A DNA stretch of 29,691 nt from Welwitschia mirabilis (lineage: Eukaryota), in NCBI GenBank assembly GCA_051453625.1, contig JBOZIK010000001.1, positions 4,114,123 to 4,143,813 of the forward strand. Reading direction: 5' to 3'. Below are positions 1-11,876 of this stretch, piece after piece (position 1 is the stretch's first letter; each line of letters starts with the position of its first letter). A program made the position numbers and the translations under genes. A model generated the notes under the pieces. It made no database searches. It was given only the letters and a program-made list of their open reading frames with translations, and was not told the origin of the DNA.

Positions 1-422
1 ATTTTCCTCATGTTAATGCAATACAAGACATATTAATTCACTTGTGAAGGGGACAAGACATATATTTTGAAGTATTTTAAAGAAAAAATCTTAAGTTTTT
101 AAGGGTTATTTTTAGTTTTCACAATACATATTTATAATGTACTTTTCTAATTTTGACTGCCTATTATTTGAGTGATATGCATTATGGATGCTATTTAGTA
201 AAACATGTACTTAAGAGTAGAATACTTGCAATTTGTTTTCCTTGTAGGGGCAATCTAAGAAATTGATGAGATCATGAATGAAGGGAATAATGTTATGATT
301 GATTATTTTTTATATAATTTCCCTTGTATATTATGCTTAAAAACTCAATGTTTATCTTATAAATTTCATTTTTGAGTTATGAAGTTTTCTAATCATACAT
401 GCATATCATTTTTCTACGTTAT

Positions 423-568
423 NNNNNNNNNNNNNNNNNNNNNNNNNNNNNNNNNNNNNNNNNNNNNNNNNNNNNNNNNNNNNNNNNNNNNNNNNNNNNN
501 NNNNNNNNNNNNNNNNNNNNNNNNNNNNNNNNNNNNNNNNNNNNNNNNNNNNNNNNNNNNNNNNNNNN
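423..568. other. Assembly gap (146 N)
   Basis: Run of N. Confidence 0.99.
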
Positions 569-844
569 CAGTTGCAAGCACTTGATTTTAGAGTATAATT
601 TTTAGAATCTTTTTATCCCCATAATCATCTAGATGACATGTTGGATAATAGCATAGTTACATTATCTATTAGGTAAAACAATTTATTTTATTTGATTCTG
701 AGATTTAATCTTGCATAATGAAATTTTTGAACTTGATTTACATATTCCTAGTTAATTTCTATCTTAGTCAATTTAGCTTGCAATTATAGTTGTTTGCCAA
801 CTTTACCAGGGACTAACAAGGCTAAGTGGAGTGCTATGTTGTAA

Positions 845-1545
845 NNNNNNNNNNNNNNNNNNNNNNNNNNNNNNNNNNNNNNNNNNNNNNNNNNNNNNNN
901 NNNNNNNNNNNNNNNNNNNNNNNNNNNNNNNNNNNNNNNNNNNNNNNNNNNNNNNNNNNNNNNNNNNNNNNNNNNNNNNNNNNNNNNNNNNNNNNNNNNN
1001 NNNNNNNNNNNNNNNNNNNNNNNNNNNNNNNNNNNNNNNNNNNNNNNNNNNNNNNNNNNNNNNNNNNNNNNNNNNNNNNNNNNNNNNNNNNNNNNNNNNN
1101 NNNNNNNNNNNNNNNNNNNNNNNNNNNNNNNNNNNNNNNNNNNNNNNNNNNNNNNNNNNNNNNNNNNNNNNNNNNNNNNNNNNNNNNNNNNNNNNNNNNN
1201 NNNNNNNNNNNNNNNNNNNNNNNNNNNNNNNNNNNNNNNNNNNNNNNNNNNNNNNNNNNNNNNNNNNNNNNNNNNNNNNNNNNNNNNNNNNNNNNNNNNN
1301 NNNNNNNNNNNNNNNNNNNNNNNNNNNNNNNNNNNNNNNNNNNNNNNNNNNNNNNNNNNNNNNNNNNNNNNNNNNNNNNNNNNNNNNNNNNNNNNNNNNN
1401 NNNNNNNNNNNNNNNNNNNNNNNNNNNNNNNNNNNNNNNNNNNNNNNNNNNNNNNNNNNNNNNNNNNNNNNNNNNNNNNNNNNNNNNNNNNNNNNNNNNN
1501 NNNNNNNNNNNNNNNNNNNNNNNNNNNNNNNNNNNNNNNNNNNNN
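845..1545. other. Assembly gap (701 N) with duplicated flanks
   Basis: Run of N. 782-844 is repeated at 1546-1608 with one mismatch. Confidence 0.98.
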
Positions 1546-1600
1546 AATTATAGTTGTTTACCAACTTTACCAGGGACTAACAAGGCTAAGTGGAGTGCTA

Positions 1601-2853
1601 TGTTGTAATGTTAAATTATATGTTTTGATGGGGTATTTTGAGTAGTTTACAAGACATTTAAATAGGTTTAAGCAAAAAACAAAAATTATTGAGAGTCAAG
1701 GGAAATATCATAGAAACACATAATTGCCAGCACATATGGAGGCATTGTGGATCAATGCTAATACTTCACATTTTAAGGACCAATTAATGTTTTATAAGGC
1801 CAAACTCACTTGGTTGAAGAGCTTGAAAAAATCTATCATTCCTTTAACCACAAAGATGCCACCACTTACATGCTAACTAGGATGGTGACTAGACCAACAT
1901 GAAGGGTAAATATAAAACTCTCTTAACATGGCATTATCCCCACTAGTATTTAGATGATTAAAAGAATGATACCTAATTTTAGTTAATATATCAAATTTTA
2001 TCTAACTTATGCAATATGTCATGCACCTTCTAAATGATGTTAGATTTTTAATTGTATTTATTAGATTTACTATGATTAAGTTTACTATTGTTAAAAAATA
2101 CCACCTTCATCCTCAACTTTGATCATCTTCTTTAGCACTAGAATTCTCATGATAGGAGATTAAAGAGTAGAAGGTTAATTTATTAGTTATAGAAAGAAGT
2201 CTCTATTTGTGTTGGGCTATGTCTCCTTTATTGAGATGCTACTACTTTATAATAAGAAGTTGTTTTGACTTCTAATTAAAATCTTCTTTTAGTTTTATTC
2301 ATGTAAATGTCCCTTATAGTTTATGTTGCTTATGATTCTGTGATAGCTTCATTTGTGTTAGAGGTCATTAAGGATAATCTTTATCAAGGTTGAAATTACT
2401 AGTTTAGGAACTTATATTGAATTTATATTTCTTAGCTTAATGTTATATGTTTTCCATATCTTTTTTGACATACTTGATAACCTAGGTTGGTTAGGATTAG
2501 TGATAGTTTCCTTGATTGATTTAGGTTATACAATATTGGTCAAGATTATATAATGTTGGCCTTGGCAATAAATATTTGATAGTTAGATAGATATTACATT
2601 TAGGGTAGTCTGCATTTGTATTGCATTAGTGTGTTTATTTTCTTGTATTATTGATTTTCATTTTTAACCTTAAAATAAAAACTTTAAAATACATCATATG
2701 AAATCAATTATCTAGCTTCGAGATTAATGCCTTCAATGGATTATGACATTTGACTTGACTCTCATCTATATTAGGTGTTGTATTTATGCATATATTTGTG
2801 ATTGATAAGATTTAACTAAGGATGTAAAATTTGCATAAATATGCACTGCAACA
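1601..2853 (+). mobile_element. Complete LTR, family A (3' LTR, about 1.25 kb)
   Basis: Starts TGTTGTA and ends TGCAACA (TG..CA with short terminal inverted repeat), preceded by the PPT-like junction. Homologous to 25659-26887 (-) at both ends and internally, to 2854-3678 (-), and at its 3' end to 22864-22990. Confidence 0.85.
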
Positions 2854-3678
2854 TGTGTCAAACAAAATATAAAACACATGCAATGATTAAGCTATAAAAT
2901 ATTAAATATAATACAATGAAAAACCTAAACTAATAATTTCAACCTTAACAAAAGTTATTCTTGTTGATTTATATCTACTATGAAGTTATCACCAAATCAT
3001 AACCAACATAAATTATAAGGGAGATGCACATGAATAAAATTAAAAGAAACTTTCTATTAATGTTGAATTAGCATTCTATTACAAAGAAATAATACCTCAA
3101 TAAAGGATACACAGCCTAACACTAAGGAAAAACCCCTTTCTGCAACCATGGATGGACCTTCTACTCCTTGATCTTCTATCACTAGATTTTCAGATGCTAA
3201 AGAAGATAAAAATTCAAGTGAGGAAAAAGGAGGTATTTATTACAATGAAGCACTCTAAAAATATCAAATCTAATAGATACATTAGATGAAGTTTAGTGCA
3301 TTGACTAAAATTAGGTATCATCCTGACTATTATTTAGATAATGGTGGGGATGATGCCATATAAAAAGAAATCCCATATAACATTTATATTTGGTCTAGTT
3401 AGCATCCTTATTAACATATACATGTTTTTGTTCATACTATCATCTAAATGATAAAGGGGACAATATTCTTTTAAAGCTTTTTAATCAAGTTAAATTGGCC
3501 TTGAAGATCATTAACTCCTCCTCAAAATATGAAGTATCAAAAATCATCCAAAATGCCTTCAAATGTACTAGTGGTTATAAATTTTTCTAATTTTCTTCTT
3601 AACTCTCAATAATCACTTATTTATACTTAAAAATTACTAAATGTTATATAAAATTACTTAAAATATTCCATCACAACA
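2854..3678 (-). mobile_element. Truncated LTR, family A, inverted orientation
   Basis: Reverse complement aligns colinearly with about 1621-2471. Example: rc atggcatcatccccacc...gatacctaattttagtcaat vs 1928 atggcattatccccact...gatacctaattttagttaat. Homology stops exactly at the 2853 terminus of the + LTR. Confidence 0.85.
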
Positions 3679-3869
3679 TTAGGCCTTGTCTAATTAGGTA
3701 AGTAAATAGATAATATCTTTTTTATTCTTAACACCACATTATAATTATTTTATGAGTTGAGATTGTTAGTTAGACATAGATAAAGTTAAATTATATACTT
3801 GATATTTATCTTTTTAAAGTATTATTAAAATAGTTATAGATATTTTCAAAAAAATCTAAAACTTTTATT

Positions 3870-4310
3870 ATAGGCATCTTTAGTTTTGTAGATGCCTCTT
3901 AGGGAGATGCTTAAGATTTATAAACATCTTGAAAGTAGATGTATTGAGTTTGGTAGATGTCTTCAAAGGGTAGGTACATTAATTTTACTTTTTAAAATAG
4001 ATGTCATGAGTTTGTAGATGTGTTAATAGTAAGAAAATATATTAAAAAAATTTTAACAGTAGATGTCTTTAAGTTTGAAGACATCTACTTTTTGCATTTT
4101 AGACATCTTCTAGGTTGTAGATTCTTGACTATACTATTGGAAAAAATAAAACACACTAAAAACCTAGGGTTTTGATCCTTTTAATTTGAAAAATAGACCA
4201 TTAAATCTCATTTTCAAGTTCCCACTTAAAAGGTTTCTCTCTCATAAGTTTTCTTAGAATTAATTTTCTTAGATTTCTCTTGCAAGACATCTTGGATTTT
4301 TGAGACATCT
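3870..4310. repeat. Cluster of AGATGTCT/AGACATCT motifs (decayed AGACGTCT palindromes) with short inverted repeats
   Basis: aggcatct 3872-3879 / agatgcct 3890-3897 form an inverted pair. Perfect 12-bp IR agtagatgtctt 4058-4069 / aagacatctact 4078-4089. Many further gtagatgt/agacatct copies. Confidence 0.75.
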
Positions 4311-4609
4311 TAATAGCAAGAAAGAATAAGGTTTTCTCTTGAACAAGTATATGAATTTCATAGTTTCTTACATTCTAATTAATTTTTATTAGTTTTTCAT
4401 TCTATCTTATGAAAATGAATAGAAAAAAGATTGTTGGTACTTCTAGAGAAAAGGAATAATGCTTAGAATAATAAAAATCATAGTATAAACCATAGTTCTA
4501 CCCTGAGGTAGATGCAAAAAGACAGAGAACATGTTTTGGAAATTCTATTATTGTAGAAGAAATCCTTTTATTTTAGGAAAAATGTTGAGATTAGCTTATG
4601 GATTATTTC

Positions 4610-5180
4610 ATTAATATTGGATGAAAAATAATCATTACGTTAGACTAGCATATTCTTGATCTAGTGGTAAGAGAGTTATATACCAATATACACCAAATTA
4701 ATAATTGCATGAAGAACTTTCAAACAAAGGTTAGAGGTACCTCTCTGCACATTATTCCTAGTTTTTTTAATTTCTTGCTTAGCATAGATGACATAGATAT
4801 CTCTCAGATCTATACTCATTCTTTCAAAGAAATATTTAGTTTTAGAGTTGTTAGTGTATCTTAGCATAATATGAGTAGTATTTTATTTGGGCATAGTAGA
4901 ATGAATTTTGTTGAATACATTAAAAGAAAAGATATGGTTTCAAATGACTTAATTCTTAGTTTGATAACATTCTATAATATTTAGATTATAGGAGGTAGTT
5001 ATAGCTATTATCAATCCATGTAGACCTTCATTTTATATTGCTTACTTACTAGATTAAAGATAGATTTAAATTTTATTCTGTGCATGAATATTATATCACA
5101 TTTTTGCAAGGGCCAAACATTTTGTCACCCTTGTCTTATTATCTTGATCATTATTAGTGTAGATATTTTAGTGCCTTAAG
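4610..5180 (+). pseudogene. Degenerate retrotransposon extra ORF ('env-like' position; putative plant transposon protein / Transposase_32-like domain)
   Basis: LVVRELYTNIHQ...FQTKVRGTSLHIIPSFFNFLLSI (4661-4790) matches the LVREFYAN...VRG motif. From 5024, TFILYCLLTRLKIDLNFILCMNI...FCHPCLIILII matches the C-terminal LLYCI..G..ID...FPSLIT block. Many stops and frameshifts. A decayed Pro/Ser-rich tail may run to about 6110. Confidence 0.6.
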
Positions 5181-6926
5181 TTAATCTTATTCATCAAAAG
5201 AGGCCTTTAGCAGAGTTTAGTAAGAAACACATAGTACCATTGCCCATAGGTGAAGGCACAAGCTAGAGGACACCAAAGTATTAACAATCATTTTCTACTA
5301 CTAGTCATAGCTATTCTCTAGTTAAAAATAGATTAAAGGCAATTGTAAAAATGGTGGGTAAAATTGGAAGAAATATTTTAAGGCTTAAGACACATAGATT
5401 AATAAAAAGTAAGGGTGAGGCATCAGTAGAAATATTTAAATCCATGAGGATTCCCATGTAATTAGATTTAGAGGAGGATCTACAAGAGGAAGAGGACATA
5501 GGACCTTTAGTTTTATTTGGCATATGTATGACTCCGATAGGATAGCAGATAGTAATTTTAGAGAGGAGTATTTTAGAGATAAGACATAGGCTCAAAGAAA
5601 AGTACTAAGATCCCATAGAGGCAAGTGTACAGGGGGAGAAATAGGCTTTAGGTACTTCCAACAAAGGCAGCCATAATAGGAGATAGAATCTAAAAGTTTG
5701 GATGCACTGCCTCTCATCTTTTGTCATCTACATCATAAGATTCCTATCCATCATTCCACTTGACTACCCTTACTAAGCTACATAGTCATATCACCTTATA
5801 CTCTACCATATCCACCTCCAGTTCATCCACCATCATCATTTCCATCACATATAAAGCCCATCTAGATAGAACCACTTTCCTCCATATACATACCATCATC
5901 CTTTATAGAGACAACCACTACTAGTTTTTTTAGGACTTCTATCACTCCTCAAACATACCAATGTATGAGCATATAGATGTTTAAGGGCCATAGTAAGACA
6001 TCTTAGCACCCCTCTAGGAAATGCCACAATCCAACTTCTACTTCCTCATCATCATACACCCAACCAACATTTACCACCTATGATAGCAATGATAGTAATA
6101 AAGAGGAATAAGCCATGCATTATATCAGTGACTCCAATCTTAGTGATTAGATCCTTTTCTCTACTATTTAAAAAATAAGAAACGTTTATTGGTAAATGAA
6201 TGGATAGCAAATATAGTTAAATATATTAATGATAGGTCAATTGAATACCTCAGCTTTAAGTTTGAGGACACTTTTTTAGGCATGGAGTACTTATTTATGA
6301 AATATTGGATTGAATAACTAGTGTCATCATTATTATTGATAATCCCTCTTAATGTTTTGACACACATTTATGCTTTATTATTTTCTACTATTATTGTTTG
6401 TTAGCACATGTTTATGTTGGCATTTTGTTTTTTGTTTTAATATCATGCTTTTATTGGCACATTTCTATCATGTTTAATGCTTTGATTTTTAGAATCTTAA
6501 TGTTACATACTACTAGTGCATTTCTTATTATATCCTACTCTAATGTATACTATTAGTACATTATCATGAGTATATTGTTAGATAATATTTTTTTGGCACA
6601 ACATTTGTATTATCATGATCTGATTTTATTTCAAATATCATGGCTATTTGAATGATTAATATCATGATTTATTAATTGTTTTTATGCCTTTATTTGATTA
6701 CTCAAGTAACACATTAATATGTCTTAATCTATTTCCTTATTCAAGTGGTATATCTATGTGTTTTGATCCAATTTTTCAAGTGGTTAATATCATGTTTTTC
6801 CAATTCATTAGAAAATCTAGTTATGTGCATTAATTTGAAATATAAATATTAAATATGTAGTTAATTAAATGGGATTATACTAATGAATATCTACCAAGTT
6901 TTGGACATCATTAAAAATGGGAAGAT

Positions 6927-8513
6927 TATTGGTAAATCTAGTTTTGATGATTCTACTTGATAAACATTTTGTGTCTTTGTATAAGATAGGTCATTATTAA
7001 GAGAAAGTTAAGCCTTAATAAGTATTAGATAATGATGAATATTTAAAATTAGTATCTCATAAAAAGAATCAGTTGATAAATTGGAAAATTAATCATTTAA
7101 AGACATCTAGAAAATTGAAGATGTTTCTAGTGAAGAATTCTAGAAAATAAAAGATGTTTTGGGTATATCAAAATTTAAGTTAAAGGCGTAAGATAACTAT
7201 TTCATCAAAGATAACCATGCTAGAATTGAACTTGATATAGATGAAGACATCTGCATGTTTTAAGATGTCTATATTAAGTTAAAATAGGTAATAGAGTTAA
7301 TTCAGTTTTTCAACTAATATCTTACATTTTAGGTAAGCTATCAACTTGTACATCATATATTCATGATCACGAAGGTCCAAGAATTATACAAATAAATTTT
7401 TATCAAAATATGGATAAGTTGACTAAACATGTGTCTATAAAGGTGAATATGTCTAACTATTAGTAGATGTCTATAAAAGTAAAGATATCTTATACCAAAG
7501 TTCAAATCAATAAAAATCAAAGATACATGCTTGACGTCTAGATATTTTCTATCCATTGCATGATGGTTATAAAGCTAAGTAGTTATATTTCAAGTTTAAA
7601 TTACTAAATCCTCTTTGATTAAATTAAGGGTCAATATCATAAAATAAATTACAACTTTTCAAACTTCAATGAATACAAAGATCTTAAACTTTTAGCACTC
7701 AAAGATCAAATTAAATATATAACAAATATTACATAGATGAAATGAACATCTCACAAATCATCAAAAGCAACATCTGTAAAGAAGAAAGCATTACTACATC
7801 ATTTGATCTTGGATCTTACATTACTTCATCATTCATCTATACTTGTGGTGACTACAATAACAGAGAACTCAAGTATTCTTCAAAGCTACATCTTTATGCT
7901 TATTATTATATTGTATTTTAGGTTATACATTATTGGACTATTGTATTATTGAATATTGGTATAAGTCTATTATTGAATCAATATCTTTATAAGACAACCC
8001 TTGTAAGAGTGTGCATTTAAGTTAGTTTCTATGAGAACTTACTTTATTGTAAGGTTATTAGTTAGATAGAAAACCATTATTTCCTTGTATGGGAGAGAGT
8101 GTTATCTTGTGAGGAGACTCTCACTATTGTAAGTTTTGTGGTGCATCTCTGAAAATCACTATTCCCTTATAGGGAAGAGAGTGCTACCTTGTGAGAAGAC
8201 TCTTACTTTATAAGATTTGTGGTGTACGTATGAAAAATACTATTTCCTTACAAGAGAGAAAATAATACCTAGTGATGAGACTATAATTTGTTATAAGGTT
8301 GATAATGTGACAAACAACCACTATTTTCTTATAGGTCAAGAATATCTAGAGGTGTGAGTAGAAGCTATCCTCTTTATGTCTACATACCTAGGTTGGGAAG
8401 CTACATTATCTTAGTAAGGTATTTTATTATATATATTTCATTCTATTATTAGCTTAATTTTTTATTTGGTAGAACTCATTCATCCTTTCCTTTGTGTTCA
8501 ATGATACTCATCA
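6927..8513 (+). mobile_element. Putative 3' LTR of the SIRE-like element (about 1.6 kb)
   Basis: Follows the decayed PPT and contains AGAC(G/A)TCT motifs at 7101-7540. Ends in cattcatcctttcctttgtgttca...tca, resembling the copia/SIRE attcaccccccctct..ca terminus. Confidence 0.55.
8041..8335 (+). repeat. Degenerate tandem repeat, about 81-82 bp unit, about 3.5 copies
   Basis: ttgtaag/ttataag at about 8047, 8127, 8208, 8291. gtgaggagactc 8109, gtgagaagactc 8191, gtgatgagact 8272. Confidence 0.85.
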
Positions 8514-11500
8514 TCTAATCCAACCTAAGCAAATTGTTAAGGGTTATTTTCAATGTTGATATTTAAATTCTCTTCCATATATTACTTAACCTCCTTATGC
8601 ACATTGACGGATTTTTACCATTTCACCTTCATTTTACTTCCATGATACATGTCTTCCATCATCCCTTATGAATCTTATCACTCATTATTACATAAATTTC
8701 CTTCATCTTCTAACTATAATCTTTTATTCTTTCATTAACACCCTTCATCTTATACTTCATCTTTTGATCAATATCCTTTATCTTCTAAACTCAAAAATCC
8801 TCTTTAAACTTCTTGTAATAAATCCTTAAGAGGTTCATAAAATTCCAACATCACATTAACATCACAAAATAATATTTTAACCAACAGACCTCTTCCACTT
8901 TGGAAAGACTTAAGTAAAATTTGTAGTAATTAAATCAAACTGCTATTTAAATCATTAAGATACTTATCCAATAAGAAGTAGAGGATCTTTCTAAATTTCT
9001 AATCATAGGAATTTTAAATAAAGTAATAATGGTCAAATAAATGAAATCCAAGTCATACTATTTAGTAAAAAGAAAGAAAGTAAAGAAGATCTATTAGAGG
9101 ATGAGTAGTTAATTAAAGAACTTCAATCCTTTAAAGAAATATATACACTTAAGGAAAGTCATATATTTTAGGATTAATCTTTTAGCAAATCTTATGAAAA
9201 GGAAAACAACAAAAATGAATCCATGCATAATCTATCATATGTATAACCCTTACCTTCTTCTTAACATTTTCATGAATAGAACATTTTCATGTCATCTTTA
9301 TCTTTTGAAAAAGATTTAAACCTTTAGTAGAAGATAAAATTTAAATTGAGTTATAAAAAATTTTTAATGATCTTATGAATACTTATTTTGATAAGAACTC
9401 ATGTCATCTAGTGAATAATTAGTTACCTTTATCTTCACTTTAAAATGATATCTTATAAGATTTGTTGAAAAAGAATGAGCTAACTACAGGATGGATGCTT
9501 TTATATATTTAACACATAGAATCTACTATTTGCATTAATGTTCTCTCTAATTACATATATTCATATATAAAATATTACATGGATCCTCTTTCATTTCATG
9601 ATCCATCATCTAATCATAGCCTTCACATCCTTGAACGTCACATCTTTTCTACCCTTAAGCCTTCATCCATGCATTACATTAAAAAACCCTACTATGAGGA
9701 AATTTTAGTTTTATTTCATTATTTTAGACTAGAGTTACCTTCTATATTAGACTTATGATGGGTAATTCCACTCACAAGAAAGCTAATATCTCCTAGTGGT
9801 ATCTCTCTCATGAAATCACTTAATAATTATTACTTGTATAATCATTGCTTTAAGCCCTTTCACATAAGTAATATTAAATTTCACTCATATCATAGATTAA
9901 TCCATTACCATCTCAAACCTTATCACTCACCTCTTTCATTATGACATTATTTTATAAGGCTCATCAATCACCATCTATTCCATCTTACTTTGAGTTTATA
10001 ATACTTACCGATAATGGATAGTAGTCATTTCATATAAATAAGAATAATAGATATTTGTCATTCCATGATTTGATTGACATTATATGGATCATTTCTTTTC
10101 AAGAGAAAATTCATCTTTGTCTTTAAGCTCTTTTGTTAAGGATTTTATTCCCTTAATGTCTCTAATTTAAAATCAAGGAAAAAGGTAAATTGTTGTCTTT
10201 CATAGTATTTTGTTTTTTCAAAGCATTCATGGAGTTGAGATCATTCATTTATTAGGCTAATGAGTTGATGACTCATTTCATGTAATATAAACATTAAAAA
10301 AAGGAATAAAGAAAATCAAGAAAAACCTTGAGGCTCTTTAAGCACCTTTTTATAATCATTTCTATTAGATTTAGTTAACTGCATCGAGGCTATGGATTCC
10401 TACTAGAAATGCACCTCTAATGGTTCATTTGTGACACATGCATCTACATTAGGGCTTTAGATGCTTACTAGAAATTTGGTACTAAATGTTTCTAATATAA
10501 CATATTAAATCTATTAGAAGAAAGTATGAGAACACTGAATTCTCAATAATATTGAATGCTTGAAACTTGGTTATCCATGAAAGAGAAAGAAAAAGAAAAG
10601 AACTTAAGGTGGAAATAGAGACTTCTTTTGATTTGCTTTTTTAAATATTTTTTAATTAAGATCTTTTAATGACTCTTAACTTACATAAATCTACTTCATT
10701 AGTGCCTTTTATTATTTTGACTTAAATCCATTATTAAATAAACTTCTTTGAGATCATTAATTGAGTTTCATAGTTCCATTCATTTCTGGTATGCATGATA
10801 GAGTCTTATTTGTGTTTTTATTCACTTTATTTCTATTCATTCCATTTTTTCATACCACATGCATTCACTTAAATCACATACATTTACTCTTTTTTCTCTA
10901 TGAAAAAGCACACTTGAAGGTGCATTTATGTTTGTTATAATGAGATCTCTTATTCTATGAGTTATGCTAGGACCAAAATAATTTAGATGTTTATTGAAAT
11001 TAAATGATCCTTAGGATTTGATTTTATCTAACTCTTATTTACTCTAATCCTTTTTGTCATTTCATCCCTTATCTCTCACATTTTTGTAATACTTTCATTT
11101 TTTCTTTTCACTGTTCTATACCCAAGAGCATCTATCTAAGAAAACTAGTGTCATTGTGAGTTCTAACTGATGTCATAATTACTTTATCTCTATTCATCTT
11201 ATACTTTTTACTTAGAGTTTTCATTAGGTTCATAATTATCACATATCATCTATGGGTCATAACGTTTGACAAAATTAGATTATAACTTGATTTTCGTCCG
11301 TTTTCTATTTGATTTAAACACTTTTTTGAATCATCTTTTTTTTTTTTAATTTTTCCCTTAATTTTTACCTTTATTTCTTTTTATTTTTCATGTTTCCCCT
11401 CTTTATTACTTTTATTTAAAACAATCATTTATGAAGCCTCATTATTTAATCATTTCTCATAGAATCCCTTTCCACTTTCATCTTTTTCTTCCATGCATGT

Positions 11501-11876
11501 TTAGATATAGATGGCATTGTTTTCACTTTTTATCCACTACATATTTTGTTTTTAGTAATTTTTCTTTCTAGCTTATTCTTAACAACATTAGCACATTCAT
11601 AATTTATTTCTTATTATCTTTACATTCAATTTTTATCTTTCAAACTTTTAAGACAAAGTTCATCTTTAGTTAGGGGAAGTGACATTTTCACTTAAAGTAC
11701 TTTTCATGATCTATCTTTTACTTAAAGTATAATTTTATAGTATATTGATTAAATGTTTTTAAAAAATGCCTCATATTCTTGTACTTTATTGAGTTGTTCT
11801 ACAACTTTTTTCCATGTTATCTTAATTTTCGACATACATTTTTACTACAAGACTAGCAAAAGATTGGTCACAAAAA
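8514..11876 (+). mobile_element. Decayed internal region of an Athila-like element related to the minus-strand element at 15235-22763
   Basis: About 9890-11160 aligns with the reverse complement of about 18480-19690 (atgactcatttcatgt vs atgacccatttcatgt; aaggtggaaatagaga vs aaggtggaatttggaga). 11655-11686 matches rc of about 16924-16953. A pre-LTR motif gactagcaaaag lies at 11851. Confidence 0.6.

Larger units (their letters stand above)
1..1600 (+). mobile_element. 3' internal (UTR) region of a Ty3/gypsy Athila-like LTR retrotransposon, ending in a PPT-like junction before LTR family A
   Basis: About 680-844 aligns by eye to the reverse complement of about 26880-27020, which precedes the minus-strand copy of the same LTR. 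The junction ctttaccagggactaacaaggctaagtggagtgcta|TGTTG resembles Athila-type pre-LTR/PPT junctions. Contains two N-runs. Confidence 0.6.
3700..8513 (+). mobile_element. 3' portion of a Sirevirus/SIRE-like Ty1/copia element (extra-ORF remnant, PPT, 3' LTR)
   Basis: The junction catcattaaaaatgggaagat|tattgg...gttttgatga at 6906-6950 resembles the SIRE-type catcaaaaagggggagat|tgttg. There is an upstream AGGGGGAG PPT signature at 5631-5638, an extra-ORF remnant, and shared palindromic motif arrays. The left boundary is approximate. Confidence 0.6.

Noticed and set aside
379..1608. Track ORFs of 68-260 aa
   Set aside because: Almost entirely X from N-runs. The same applies to ORFs at 20762-21371, 22697-22912 and 28843-29379.
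5311..5595. 94-aa minus-strand ORF
   Set aside because: No recognisable motif. It is antisense to the decayed extra ORF and likely a chance frame.
8041..8335. CRISPR-like periodicity
   Set aside because: Whole units are homologous with no unique spacers. No cas genes, and the context is eukaryotic TE.
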